Source of the DNA: Octopus vulgaris
Taxonomy: Eukaryota
Assembly: GCA_951406725.2 (NCBI GenBank)
Contig: OX597824.1
Span: 73,718,001 to 73,782,000 of the forward strand
Reading direction: 5' to 3'
DNA: 64,000 nucleotides
Made by a program: the position numbers and the translations under genes. Within the stretch, counting starts at the first letter, position 1, and each line of letters begins with the position of its first letter. Below the pieces are notes generated by a model. It did not search any database. It saw nothing but the letters and a program-made list of their open reading frames with translations, and was not told the DNA's origin. Shown piece after piece: positions 28,491 through 41,587 of this stretch.

Positions 28491-28690
28491 TTATCTATCT
28501 ATTCTCTATCTATCAATCTATCTATCTATATATCTATCTATCTATACAAACATATATACATACATATACACATACGCACACACACACACATACACGCACA
28601 TACATACATACGTACGTACATACATACATACATACATACATACATACATACATACATACATACATACTTACATACGTACGTACGTACGTA
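28236..28690. repeat. Compound microsatellite (TCTA)n then (CATA)n
   Basis: Seen directly. Confidence 0.95.
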
Positions 28691-28874
28691 TTTCTGCCTG
28701 AGGAGATTTCATAAATCTCTCTCAATCTGTCTGTCTGTCTGTCAGTCTATCTGTCTGGCTGGCTGTCTCTCTCTCCCTCACGCACATACATACACAACTG
28801 ACTGCCCCCCCCCCCCCACACACACATACATACATGTATGTATGTATATTGTTTTTATGTTAAATTATAATTAA

Positions 28875-29123
28875 AATAATAAATGCGCCCTTTTAAAGCC
28901 TAGCCAGGCTCATGGGCCCGGTTTCCCGGTTTCTATGGCGTATGTGTTTCCCAGCTGGACGGGACGCCAGTCCATCGCAGCATTACTCATTTTTGCCAGC
29001 TGAGTGGACTGGAGCAACGTGAAATGAAGTGTTTTGCTCAAGAACACAACGGTCCAGGAATCGAAAACAAAATCTTACGATCATGGTGCTGACACCCTAA
29101 CCACTAAGCCACGTGCCTCCACA
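28875..29123 (-). mobile_element. SINE family D (V-domain-like gcgatggactggcgtcccgtccag)
   Basis: Copies at 445-705(-) and 46215-46475(-); related hybrids at 38167-38450(+), 47410-47710(-) and 49595-49851(-). Confidence 0.85.
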
Positions 29124-29694
29124 CGTTAAATTATAATTCAATTAATTTAACATTAAACTGAAGGATTACACAATACTTTTTGAGTACATATTTATTGAAC
29201 TTTAACGAGAAGTCACTGCCACCACAGTTCTTGTAAAAGTATTGTGTGTGTGTATTCTCTTAGTTGCCCAGTTATTAGACTGCGACCATTCTGGAGCACC
29301 GCCATGACTTTATAGTCGAATGAATCAACCCCAGGACTTGCATATTTTTTAAAGACCTGATGCTTATTCTATCGGTTCTCTTTTGCCGAACCTCTAGGTT
29401 ACGGGGACAGCACCAGCACCAGTTGTCAAGCGGTAGTGGAGGGTGGGGAATACAGGCACAAACACACACATATATAGATACATACACGCGCACACACACG
29501 ACAGGGTTCTTTCGGTTTCCGTCTACCAAATCCACTCACAAGGCTTTGGCTGAACCGAGGCTATAGTAGTAGAAGACACTCGACCAAGATGCCACGCAGT
29601 GGGACTGAACCCGTAATCATGTGGTTGGGAAGCAAGCTTCTTACCACACAACCACGCCACATGTGTATGAATGTATGTATGTATGTATGTAGAG

Positions 29695-30031
29695 GGCAAG
29701 TGCTTCAAAGATTCACTTAAAGCCTCACTGAAGTGCTTTCAGTTCGACCCCGACACCTGGGAAATGAAAGCACAGCCTGGAGTAGCTGAGCGAACAGAGG
29801 TTTCACCTCCTACGAACAGAATAGGATCGCAGGCACACAAAGAAAACGTAAGCCGTGCAAGTCTAGAGCCAACTCCTTGCCTTCATTCTCAGCAGACCAC
29901 CCGTGGCCGACTCTGCGGCAGAAAATTCCGAACATGTATTGGCCTGATCGACAACAACCGGATGCATCGTGATCCATCTTCTTTTCCTATGTGATCTCTT
30001 GGTCATCGTCGACAACGACGGACGAACATCA
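29695..30031 (+). mobile_element. RTE-clade LINE 3' fragment
   Basis: FKDSLKASLK..QFDPDTWE and a degenerate C-terminal CGRKFRTCIGLI...H motif; 3'UTR tggtcatcgtcgacaacgacggacgaac. Confidence 0.75.
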
Positions 30032-30352
30032 ATGCATGTATTTTCACTTTGGTTGAGCCAGTTTCTTGCTTCTCTGGAGTTTTGTCTGTGTTCATAGGGT
30101 TATCAGGCAACCCTGTGAACACAGACAAAACTCCAAATTTGTAAGAGACTGACTCAACCAAAGAAAAATATATACATATCTAATATCCATGGATGTGCTT
30201 AATAGAGGTATCTAAACCGATGTTAACTGTATTAAGCACGTCCGCGGATAGTATCTATCAGAAAAAGTTGAAAATTGAAGGTTGTTTGTTCTGCCAGAAA
30301 ATATTTGAAAATACACAAATATCCATAGAGTATTTACAATGACAAATATTTA

Positions 30353-30889
30353 GGATCTTTTCGGTTTGAACGGCAGTTTTTTAAAATAATTTCCACGTAA
30401 CTAAACACTTTTAAACTTCGTATACTGGTAGAGTGTGTTTATAAAACATCTTTTTCTCTTGCAAGTGATTTGATCTGAGATCGTGTGCTGGAACGAAAAC
30501 AATTGCAGCGTGGAAGGTGCTTGTAAGCCATTTAAGAAACACACAAAATGGCTTACAAACACCTTCCACGCTGCAATTGTTTTTCTCTTGGCTTTATTGA
30601 AATAATTATATAGTTTGTAAGATATTTGTTGTTTTTTTTCCTTCAATTTCTGCAATTTCAACTAATCAATTACGTCCATTGAGTTGAAAACAGCTTGTGC
30701 TGTATGAATATGTCCCTCGTTTAAGAAACAGATTGGGTTTATTTACATTTGTGAAGAAAAAAGATACCCTTCCCCACCCCTAACCCTAAAACAGATTGAA
30801 ATGCAATAGATCGATACAAGGGTCATAATTATGGGTGACAATTTCATATGACACTGCTAGAAAAACTGCCGTTCAAACCGAAAAGATCC
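30353..30889. mobile_element. MITE with GGATCTTTTCGGTTTGAACGGCAGTTTTT TIRs and 8-bp TSD (Merlin-like, tentative)
   Basis: TSD aatattta at 30345-30352 and 30890-30897; internal CCCTAA repeats. Confidence 0.9.
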
Positions 30890-31159
30890 AATATTTAAAA
30901 ATGGAGTGAGCAGAGCTAATAATTTTGCAAAATGATTTGCTCACTCCATTTATTATATATACTTTACACGAACAATATAATTCACAAAAGTAAACTAAGA
31001 AAATAGACAGAAATCTAATTTAGAGTTATGCCCCTTACATCCACAATATGTCGGTGATGACCCAAAAAATAATCTGTTTATCAAACAGCATTTCAAGTAC
31101 CTATTTCCGCCCTACATATATATTAATCAGTTTCTGAGAACCAGCATAACGCTCCGAAG

Positions 31160-31443
31160 ATGCTCGTTTGGAGACTTCTTTCACGTTTCAACTGTAACAG
31201 TTCGAGCCATTCTAATTTGATTTCAGTGCTCAATACACAGTACTCCCGGCGATATGCTTCACGCCGTACAGAGTGTGATTTTAAAATTGGGGACAGCGCG
31301 AGTTTGTCGCGAACCTTCGACCATTCTCACCTTAAAACGCTCGCGGATTTAATACTTGATTTCAATCCAATTCACTTCGACCCCGAATACGCCAAAAAAA
31401 CTCGCTTTAAGCAATGCATCGTTCACGGTGTGTTAATCAACGG
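31160..31443 (+). CDS. HTD2: HTD2-like (MaoC hot-dog fold) hydroxyacyl-thioester dehydratase, exon 1
   Basis: Arg/Ser-rich N-terminus resembling a mitochondrial presequence, then the hydratase motif DFNPIHFDPEYAKKTRFKQCIVHGVLING; donor GTAAGT at 31444 (phase 2). Confidence 0.85.
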
Positions 31444-31476
31444 GTAAGTTATTATGTTAAGCCTGTATTTTTATTA

Positions 31477-31682
31477 GGAGATCCTTCGGTATAGGTACCG
31501 TACGTACCGGAAGTGGCTTTATTTACATTTCTGAAGATAACAGAAACCCTTTTCTCCCACCACTAACTCTAACCCTAAGATCGCCCAAACCCTAATCATA
31601 ACCCCCCCCCCCCATATATATAAAAAAAAACACTTTCTTGAAATGTATCCGGTACTTCCGGTACCTATACCGAAGTTACGCC
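31477..31682. mobile_element. Small MITE in HTD2 intron 1
   Basis: TIR cttcggtataggtaccg / cggtacctataccgaag; interior tttatttacatttctgaaga...ccctaa shared with 30353 and 57092. Confidence 0.7.
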
Positions 31683-33454
31683 TTTAATTTATTTATTGAT
31701 TTATTTAATTCATCTAATAAATATTAGCCGATGAACGGGGAACAGAAATAATATCTTCTCAGAAATTATCTACCAATGTCACAACGCCTCTATGCATGGC
31801 CAGAGGGACGAACTAAACTCGAATGAAAAAATGTAAACAAAACCGTTTATATGTAAATATTAGTTTTAAATTTTGATATAAGGCTATCAATTTCAGGGGA
31901 GTGGGTTAGTCGATTACATCGATCCCAGTGTTCAACTGGTACCTATTTTATCGACTCCGAAAGGGTGAAAGGTAAAAGGCTAACAATTTCAGGGGAGTGG
32001 GTTAGTCGATTACATCGATCCCAGTGTTCAACTGGTACCTATTTTATCGACTCCGAAAGGGTGAAAGGTAAAGTCGACCCAGGTGGTATTTGAACTCAGA
32101 ACGTAAAGTCGGAAGAAAGGCAGCTAAGCATTTTGTTTGGCGCAGCGACGATTCTGTCAGCTCGTTGCTTTATTTATATGTAAATATTAGAATAAGTTTG
32201 TTTATATATAAGTCAAAGGAAGGAAATGCAGCGCCTATGACCCCTTTTCAGGGTCACTGAAGCCTGATGGGTAGAAAAGGAGGTACGTACATGTGTGTGT
32301 GCGTGTAAAAAAGTTCAACTAGCGGTGTTACGGCTTCGAAGTATAAAGGAACATCCCACTTGAAGCACAAATATTGTGTTTCAAAACCTATGCTTAAGTT
32401 TTGTGCTTCAAGTTATTCAAAAGCCACTTTCCGGCCACAACCACTCTAGGCACCAACGGGAAACCTCTACGTGCTAGAAACAACAGCCAAATTTCCCTCT
32501 ACTTACACTTTACCGTCTAAAATAAATAAAGAAAGAAAAGAGACAAAACAGGAATTTTTTGGTCAGCCGAGGTTCATCTAAAACGAAATGGCAGAGCCGT
32601 TAGAGCATGGGACAAAATATTCTGCAGTTTTTGTTCCAATTCCTGTGCTCTGGGTTCAAATCGTGCCGAGGTCAAATTTGCCTTTCACCGTGTCGGGGGT
32701 GGATAAAATAACGTACCAGTCCAGGGGGATGGAGTAGCCGAATTTTGGGAGCATTAGAGAAAATCCTTGTGATATTTGTTCCAGCTCTTTACATTCTGAT
32801 TCCATTGATGGTAGACTTAATTCAATAGTCTGGTTTAACATCATTTCCTAGCACAGTTCAATTTGATACTGAGTGAAGGAAATTTAGTTACTATTTCTAG
32901 TAGTTCAAATAACCACTTAGAGGCTACCTTGTATAATTCGTTTAGGCCACGTTTGTTACTTAGAAATAATATAACTGGTATAGTTGTATTTTGGCTTGTT
33001 AAATTCATTCGATGAACATAAATGATCTGAGTAAGTAATAATAATAATGTACAGTTCTCAGGTACATTACCACTCATCAGAAGAGATTAAAAGACAGAAA
33101 AAAGGGATAGAAGACAGACATATAAGTCAAATAAAGGAAAAACAACAATGAAGGCTAGAAGTACATGCACAGTACACAGAATAAAACACAAAAAATAGAA
33201 AATGAACATTAAAAGAATCATAAAGAGGAAAGTGTGCACAGGCATGTCAGGAATAATGTTGACAAATTTCAGGAAGCATGGAATTTTTTGAAGGATGCAG
33301 CTGTTGGATTTTCCTTGGACATGGCATGAATCACCAATGTCTCAAGGGAGTGAGTGTCGTGGAGTTTAGTTACATCCAACAAACAGTGAAGTTTTTCCCA
33401 AAATTCAGGGTTTTTATAACTGCTCAACTTGACTTAAAAGAATTGAAATCACAT

Positions 33455-33858
33455 ACTTGTTTTACTCGTTTTACTTGTTTCAGTCATTTGACTGCGGCCA
33501 TGCTGGAGCACCGCCTTTAATCGAGCAAATCGACCCTGGGACTTATTCTTTGTAAGCCCAGTACTTATTCTATCGGGGACGTAAACACACCAGCATCGGT
33601 TGTCAAGCAATGCTAGAGGGACAAACACAGACACAGAAACATATACACACAAACATATACACACACATACACATATATATATATACATATATAAGACAGG
33701 CTTCTTTCAGTTTCCGTCTACCAAATCCACTCACAAGGCTTTGGTCGGCCCGAGGCTATAGCAGAAGACACTTGCCCAAGATGCCATGCAGTGGGACTGA
33801 ACCCGGAAGCATGTGGCTGGTTAGCAAGCTACTTACCACCCAGCCACTCCTGCACCTA
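33455..33858 (-). mobile_element. SINE family A, antisense, in HTD2 intron 1
   Basis: Reverse complement of family A with an internal deletion. Confidence 0.9.
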
Positions 33859-35820
33859 TATTCCTTAAGTAACTTTTAGTATTCTTATATTAACCAATGG
33901 AAAAACGACAATAATATTTCTTCGGCAACATGACATTACCTCATATTGCCAGCTACCACAAATTGGCACCTTATTTTAAAATGGCTACTTGCAACACAGC
34001 TAACAACTGACTTGGTGATTTATTCCATGCCTTGACAATTCTGAATGTGAAAAATGTTCCAGAAAGTCATGTGATGTTTTTTTGATTTTATAAGCATGTA
34101 TATAAGTGGTAGCAATATTGAATTTAAAGTTGTTGAAAAGATGGTGAATAGTCTTGTGAGCTTCTACCAAATCAGCTATTCAATGTTGACACATGAGCTT
34201 GCCAATGCCCAGAAATGCATGCAATACATTCAAAATATGGTGACTGACCAAAATTATTTGTCTGGTTTCAAATCTCTGGACAGCTTCCAGCAGACTGATA
34301 TTCTTATTTCTTTACTGCCCACAAAGGGCTAAACATAGAGGGGACAAACAAAAACAGACAAACGGATTAAGTCGATTACATCGACTCCAGTGTGTAACTG
34401 GTATTTATTTAATTGACCCCAAAAGGATGAAAGGTAAAGTCGACCTCGGTGGAATTTGAATTCAGAACATAGCGGCAGATGAAATACCGCTAAGCATTTC
34501 ACTAATGTTTCTACCAGCTTGCCGCCTGATATTCTTGACCAGATGAGATTTCAAACTGGAGATGCAAACTGTGAGTGTGGACATACCATAGCCATATATA
34601 GCTTTAAATAGATAGTAGGTGAACAGCTAGCAAAAATCTTACTGAGCAATACTAAAACACCTTGGCCTTTTTTATACAATTTTTAAAAATGTGGCTCATT
34701 CAACATCGATCATTGGTGATGATAATGCCTAGGTCATGTTCACCAGCATTAAGGTTGGTGTTGTGGAGAGAGTAGATACATGTATATGATGCACTTGTCT
34801 ACAGCCAACCTGAGTTGCCAGTCAGCAAATCATTGCTGCATTGAATCCAGATCAGATTGCAGGAAAGATTTATATCATATAGGCTCTGTTCTTTTCAGAC
34901 ATAGTGTTGTCTGCGTACTTTAACACAGTAATACACTTCATGTAGGCATCTATTTCAATATGTATGCAATGAATAACAGGAGACCAAGAACAAATCCCTG
35001 CAGAACATCAGATGTCTTTGTTAAAGATATAGTATGTTGTCCTAGTATTGTGAGTACCTCTTTTTGGCGAAGAATGAAGGATTTAAGCAGTTATAAAGAT
35101 TAGCCTTCATGTCCATTGCAGAAGTTTTCACCATAATTCGTTCATTTGAGTGTTTCACAAACTTAATTCTATGTATATTCTGTGCAGTGGTTTCCAAAAT
35201 TGGCACAATATCACACATTTTGGGTAACAGTTGGGGATGATTGGTTAAACCAGCCCAGTACTTTACTGGTACCTTATTTTATCAATCTCTGAAGAATAAA
35301 AGATGAAGTTGACCTTGGCAAGAATTGAACTTATATTGACACACCTTTAATACTGATGAATCGCTAGAATCAATACTGCTTTGGACAAAATGTCTTGCAT
35401 TTAGTGGTAGCCCATTTATGTTCTGAATTTAAAACCTTCTGAGATTTACTTCACCCTTCTGGGGTCAATAAAAAAAAATTGCCAATTAATTACTGGGGTT
35501 AATTTAATCTATTTTACCCTCTTCTAAAATATATGGTTCTGTGCCAATGTTTGAAACTAAAATCTATATCTTTTATCTTCTATCTTTCCTTTGTTTCAGT
35601 CATTGGGCTAGATGCTGCTTGGAGCTCTGCCTTGAAGGGTTTAATGAAACAAATTGGTCTCAGTGCTTATTTTCTAAGTCTGGCACTTATTGTATCAGAT
35701 TTTTTTGCTGAACTGACAAGTTATGGAGATGTAAATAAACTGACACCAATTGTCAAGCAGTGGGGAGGGACAAATACAAACACATACATACATATACACA
35801 CTCACACACATACATATATA

Positions 35821-36379
35821 TTGGGTTGTCTGGAAAGTTCGTACTGATTTTTAAAGGAAAGAAACAGGTCAATAAATGCTTGCCATTACATTTTTAATCA
35901 AACAAATATGAACCATTTTGTTGTACAATGCGTCTCCATCTATCCTTTAACTTGAAAATACTCTCTTCCCAGAATTGAGGTGGTTTCATGGCAAAGAATT
36001 CATGAAGGTATCTTTTTACGTCATCCTACGAATTGAACCATTAAGACTATTCTGCAGAGACCTGAATAAGTGGAAATCTGAAGGAGCAATATCTGGTGAA
36101 AATGGAGGGTGGTGTAACACATCCAAGCCAAGCTGCAGCAATTTTTGTCTGGTTCCCAAAGCATCAAGTGCCGAAAATAAACCTTGTTATTTTCCATTTT
36201 AAAGGGTTACAGAATTAACACAGGTTATAGGAACATAAATCTTCTTCCACGAAAAGATAGCTTAAACTGTGATCTAAATGGAGGTGTAGTCAAATCCTAT
36301 TTTATGGACTCAACCATGTTCTAAAATAAGTCGAAAGGTAAGCTACTATAAATCAGCACAAACTTTTCAGACAACCCAA
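35821..36379. mobile_element. Internally deleted mariner element with TIRs and TA TSD
   Basis: TA|ttgggttgtctggaaagttcgtactgattt ... aaatcagcacaaacttttcagacaacccaa|TA; minus-strand SPDIAPSDFHLF motif; interrupts a SINE. Confidence 0.85.
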
Positions 36380-37310
36380 TACAATAAGCCTCAAGGGAAT
36401 AGTAGAAGACACTTGCTCATGGTGTTGTATTGTGGAATTGAACCCAAAATTATGTGGTTGCAAGGCAAGCTTCTTAACAACATGATTTTTCTTATTGCAT
36501 AGATGCCATATTAGATTATGATTAGATTATTTAAGCTGCTTCAAACAAAAATGCTAATAGAGTTGGGTTGTCCAATATCTTCTAAGAAAATATTTGGTAG
36601 ATGGACACTGTGTGGAAGCCAATTGCATGTGTGTGCATGAATACGTGTGTGTGTGTGTTTTCCTATGTGTGTCAGTCAGTGTAGATGAGATTGACAGCTT
36701 GCAACATTCTTGTCTGGCTGAGTTATTTCCCTCTTACATTAGTCTCTGCTTATTTAGTATCTTACAGAAACGATGAAATGAGCACGACCTCAATCCACTG
36801 ACTGGATGATGGACAAGTCCCTGAAACTCTAGACACGAAAATTAAACATATTGAACTTGTCTGTTGATTTCTTATAAAGTACTTGGTTAACATGTGTCAG
36901 CACTGATGGCTTAGAGTAGATTGGGTTCTAAAAAACTTGCTACAGAAGTCAGCTGTTCACATCTTGCTTGTGGCACTTAATTTTTTTTTACCTGTCCATA
37001 GGCAAAACCTGTAACTCTCAGTGGCTGAGTTCATCTAATTGTGCATAGGTGCCCATACATGTGAGGTCGTTGTTTATCCCCTAACCTATTCTAATCAAGT
37101 ATACCTATAATCAAAAAGGCATTCTAGTTGTGACCATTCCATTTCTTACTTTGAATTGTACCTTTTCCCTGGTCAAAACATGTAAATCTCAATATTTCAG
37201 CCCATCAAATTCTAAGTATCATAGTCTTGTTGATTTTCAGCTTCCAAATCAGCTCAGATAAAGAGGCATTCCTGCTATGACCATCCCATCTATTTTTTTT
37301 TTTAAACATA

Positions 37311-37678
37311 GGCGTAGCAGTGGCTGTGTGGTAAGTAGCTTGCTTATGAACCACATGGTTCCGTGTTCAGTCCCACTGCGTAGCACCTTGGGCAAGTGTT
37401 TTCTACTATAACCTCAGGTTGACCAAAGCCTTGTGAGTGGATTTGGTAGACGGAAACTGAAAGAAGCCCATTGTATATATGTGTGTCTGTGTTTGTGCCC
37501 CCAACATCACTTGACAACTGATGCTGGTGTGTTTACATCTCCGTAACTTAGCAGTTCGGCAAAAGAGACCGATAGAATAAGTACTAGGCTTACAAAGAAT
37601 AAGTCCTGGGGTCGATTTGCTCGACTAAAGGCGGTGCTCCAGCATGGCCGCAGTCAAATGACTGAAACAAGTAAAAGT
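37311..37678 (+). mobile_element. SINE family A in HTD2 intron 1
   Basis: Same head, body and tail as 6101-6504. Confidence 0.9.
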
Positions 37679-38799
37679 ACTGTAGTATGATTACTTTTAA
37701 CCCCAATTCAGTACTGGCTAAATAGACCTATGATCAGGAAGTATTCAAGTCATGATTACCTAATTTTTTCCATTTTTCTCCAGATACAGTATATCTAAGG
37801 TCACATTATTCGATATATCCATCTTTGTTTTTAAGAAGCAAGGAGATTTGGCTACTATTTCTAGCAGTTTACTCTTGAAGGTTCCCTCATTAGCTCATTC
37901 ACAGGATCGTATAATTCACCATTGTCAGCTGTTACAGCATTGTGAGTTTGACAAATGATTTATATCACTACATGGCCAGATTCAGTACACCCTGAGGCTG
38001 TGGTGTTGCATAGAATGTGTACTGCCCTTAGATTTCCACCACCCCACCCCCTCCTAGGACCCAAGCCTATATAGGCTTATACAGAAAACTCAAAAGTGTT
38101 GCCTCCAATAAAGCATTGCTTGAGGTAGACTGCCACCCCCACACCCAGCTACACTACTGTATAGTGTGGAGGCATATGGCCTAGTGGTTAGAGCAGTGGA
38201 CTCGCGGTCGAGAGATCGTGGGTTTGAATCTCAGACCGGGCGATGTGTGTGTTTATGAGCAAAACACCTAAGCTCCGGCAGAAGGTAATGGTGAACTTCT
38301 GACTCTTTTGCCACAACTTTCTCTCACTCTTTCCTCCTGCATCTTGCAGCTCACCTGCGATGGACTGGCGTCCCATCCAGGTGGGGAACCTATATGCCAA
38401 GGAAACCAGGAAACCAGCCCTTATGAGCCGGGTGTGGATCGAGAAGGACTGTATAGTGGATAAAACTAACCTTGAATAGGCTAGCAACCTATCCATGGGG
38501 AGATTAGTCTCTCATCCATATACTGCTTTAGAAACCAAGGATAATCACTGTCTGCATTGATACATGTGAACTGATGGCAAGTTAACTTTTCCTTGGTCAC
38601 AGTCTCTTAAGACTATGACTGTTACTAAGCTATTGATTAAGACTAAGGTTGTTACTTGCTACAGATAAGACATTGATTAAGACTGTTACTTGTTACTATG
38701 ATTGTCCTACTCATAAACCATTGCTGTTACTTACTATATTTGTTGTTTTACATTTGGTACACAAGGCTATCAAGTTTATAAAGTAAATAAATTAAATAC

Positions 38800-39236
38800 T
38801 ATCTTTGGATGGCCTGCTGTGCTTACCTTGGATTGTAGGGCAACGTGCTGTGCTTGAGACCTATTGAGTCAAGTACATCAACATCAAAATCAAAAGGAAA
38901 CTGTAGTTGTGATACTCATGCCAGTGGCATGTAAAATGCATCATCCGAATGTGGCTGATGCCAGTGCCGCCTTGACTGGCTTCCGTGCCAGTGGCACTTA
39001 AAAAGCACCAACCGATCGTGACTGTTGCCAGCCTCCCCTGGCCCTTGTGCCAGTGGCACGTAAAAAGCATCCACTACACTCACAGAGTGGTTGGCATTAG
39101 GAAGGGAATCCAGCTGTAGAAAAACTGCCAGATCAGACTGGATCCTGGTGCAGCCTCCTGGCTTCCCAGACCCTGGTCAAACCATCCAACCCATGCTAGC
39201 ATGGAAAACAGACGTTAAACGATGATGATGATGATG
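38800..39236 (+). mobile_element. Retroposon 3' end with internal tandem units and (GAT)n tail
   Basis: gccagtggcacgtaaaaagcacc units and ...aacccatgctagcatggaa..gacgttaaacgatgatgat. Copies at 1-223, 5150-5260 and 8785-9050(-). Confidence 0.75.
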
Positions 39237-39300
39237 TTTGTAAACAATAGTTACAGAGTAAATAATATATTGTAATATAAATACCATTGCTAATTTTCAG

Positions 39301-39383
39301 ACTGATTTCTGCTGTAATTGCTACACATATACCAGGACCTGGAGCTGTTTATTTGTCGAGTTCTATAGAATTTCCCAATGCTT
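39301..39383 (+). CDS. HTD2: HTD2-like exon 2
   Basis: Acceptor taattttcag; continues the frame as (G)LISAVIATHIPGPGAVYLSSSIEFPNA, the MaoC PGPG motif; donor GTGAGT at 39384 (phase 1). Confidence 0.85.
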
Positions 39384-40639
39384 GTGAGTTATCTCTTGTA
39401 ATTTTTTTTTTTGCTGTTGATTTCTTTTTTCATTTATGAAGAACATATAAATACATACATATGTCTTATACATGTGTGTGTGTGTCTATATGTATGTATG
39501 TATGTATGTATGTGTGTGAGTCTATATATATGTATGTATATGTGTGTGTGTGTTTTTTATTCTTAACATTGAACTTAACATTAAACTAAAGGATTGCTTA
39601 ATATTTTTTGTAGAATACACATTTATTAAACTTTTACAAGAATAGTGTTGACAGTGACTTTGAAGTTTAGTCCTGTTAGCCTTCACCAGACAATCTGGGG
39701 AAGGCTAGCAGGTTGAAACTTCGAAGTCACTGTCAACTCTATTCTTGTAAAAGTATAATAAATGTGTATTCTACAAAAATTATTAAGCAAACTTTTAGTT
39801 TAATTTTAAGTTGTTTTTATTATTTTACATAGAAACAAACTGTGTGGTAAGAATCTTGCTTTCCAACCACACAGTTCCAGGTTCACTCCCACTGTGTGGC
39901 ACCTTGGGCAAATGTCTTCTACTATAATCTTGGGCCGACCAAAGCCTTGTGAGTGGATTTGGTAGACAGGAACTGAAAGAAGCCTGTATATATATATATA
40001 TATATAATAGAAATATGTTACAAAAAGAAAATAGAAACTACATGTGGAAATGTAAGGGGAAAGTAAGAAGAAAATTAAGAAAAATGCACATTGGAAATCA
40101 AAAAATGTAAAGGCATTTTATGAAAAGTAATGATAGATATATACAATTAGATGAACTGAGGTAGGAATAAAAGTAATAAATCGGTGTGCATTCAAAGCAA
40201 TAATTAGTAAATTTACGAAACCGGTATGCTTTTGAATCTCTTTAACAATTCACAATAATGACTTTTATTACTTTTATTCCTACCTCAGTTCATCTAATTG
40301 TATATATCTGTCATTACTTTTCATAAAAAGCCTTTACTTTTTTTGATTTCCAATGTGCATTTTCGCTTATTTTTCTTCTTACTGTGTTTGTGTGTCTTTT
40401 TTCGTCCCCATAACTTAACGGTTCGGCATACGAAACTGATAAAATAAGTACTAGGCTTACAAACAATAAGTCCTAGAGTCAATTTGTCTGACTAAAGGTG
40501 GAGCAAATTAACACCAGGACTTATTCTTTGTAAGCCTAGTACTTATTTTATCGGTCACTTTTGCCGAACCACTAAGTTACGGGGACGTAAACATACCAGC
40601 ATTAATTACTTATCTTTTAGTTTACAGCTTTGATAATAA

Positions 40640-41090
40640 GTGGTGAAAACATTGTAATTAGAGCCATTTTACACTTCCTGTAGAAAAAAAGAAGAAGTGT
40701 AAGGACAGTGGCAAAAGAAATTAATGATGTATAAAAGGTCCTGGAACTGTCAATGAACATGTGGCATATAATTGGTCCTGGAAGATTTTCTATTGTAGAA
40801 GATGAGACCTTGCTTGATGTGATTGAACAGCAACCAAGTACTTGTACTTGTACTTTGTCAGCAGAACCTGGTCCTTCACAAAACACCGTTAATTGACACC
40901 TAATAAGTTCAGCCTTGTGGACTGATGCTGTGAAGAAGCTCCTCATAAACTGACCACTGGCTAGACTGAACGACATGTGGACATTTGAAAAACAGCTGCT
41001 GGCAAATCTTTGAGATTCTTGCTTTTGGCATTGAATTGTAACTGGGGATGAAAAATGGATCTATTATTGTAATTCTGAAAGAAATCTGTG
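40640..41090 (+). mobile_element. Mariner transposase relic
   Basis: IRAILHF, HTH-like segment and VTGDEKWIYY. Confidence 0.65.
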
Positions 41091-41246
41091 GCCTTGTTCC
41101 AGCCATGCTGGACAAAATGCTTAGCAGCATTTTGTCCATCTTTATATTCTGAGTTCAGATGCTGCTGAGGTCGACTTTGCCTTTCATCCTTTTGAGGTCA
41201 ATGTAATCAACATACCACCTGCCCAAAATTGCTGGCCTTGTGCCAA

Positions 41247-41306
<60 letters not shown>

Positions 41307-41587
41307 GCTAAGGTCAGCTTTGCCTTTCATCCTTTCAGGGCTGATAAAATAAGTACCAGTTGAATATTGTGGTCAATGTAATCATTTTTCTCTTCTACTC
41401 AAAAGTTACTGGCCTTGTGTTAAAAATAGGAAGAATTACTATTGTTTTTGTTGTTATTGTTATTACGTTGTTTTTTGTTTTGTTTCAAAATAAATTGTTT
41501 GATGTTTTCTGTAATTGCAACACATAATATATAATAATATCCATGGAAATGACCTGAGCTTACCTTTGTCCACTTCTGTATTTCCAG

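Noticed and set aside
31048-31220. Upstream out-of-frame ORF overlapping the HTD2 start
   Set aside because: No resemblance to RPP14 or any known protein, and the TSS is unknown.
31880-32072. Direct repeat of about 97 bp
   Set aside because: It is a local duplication within a family B SINE.
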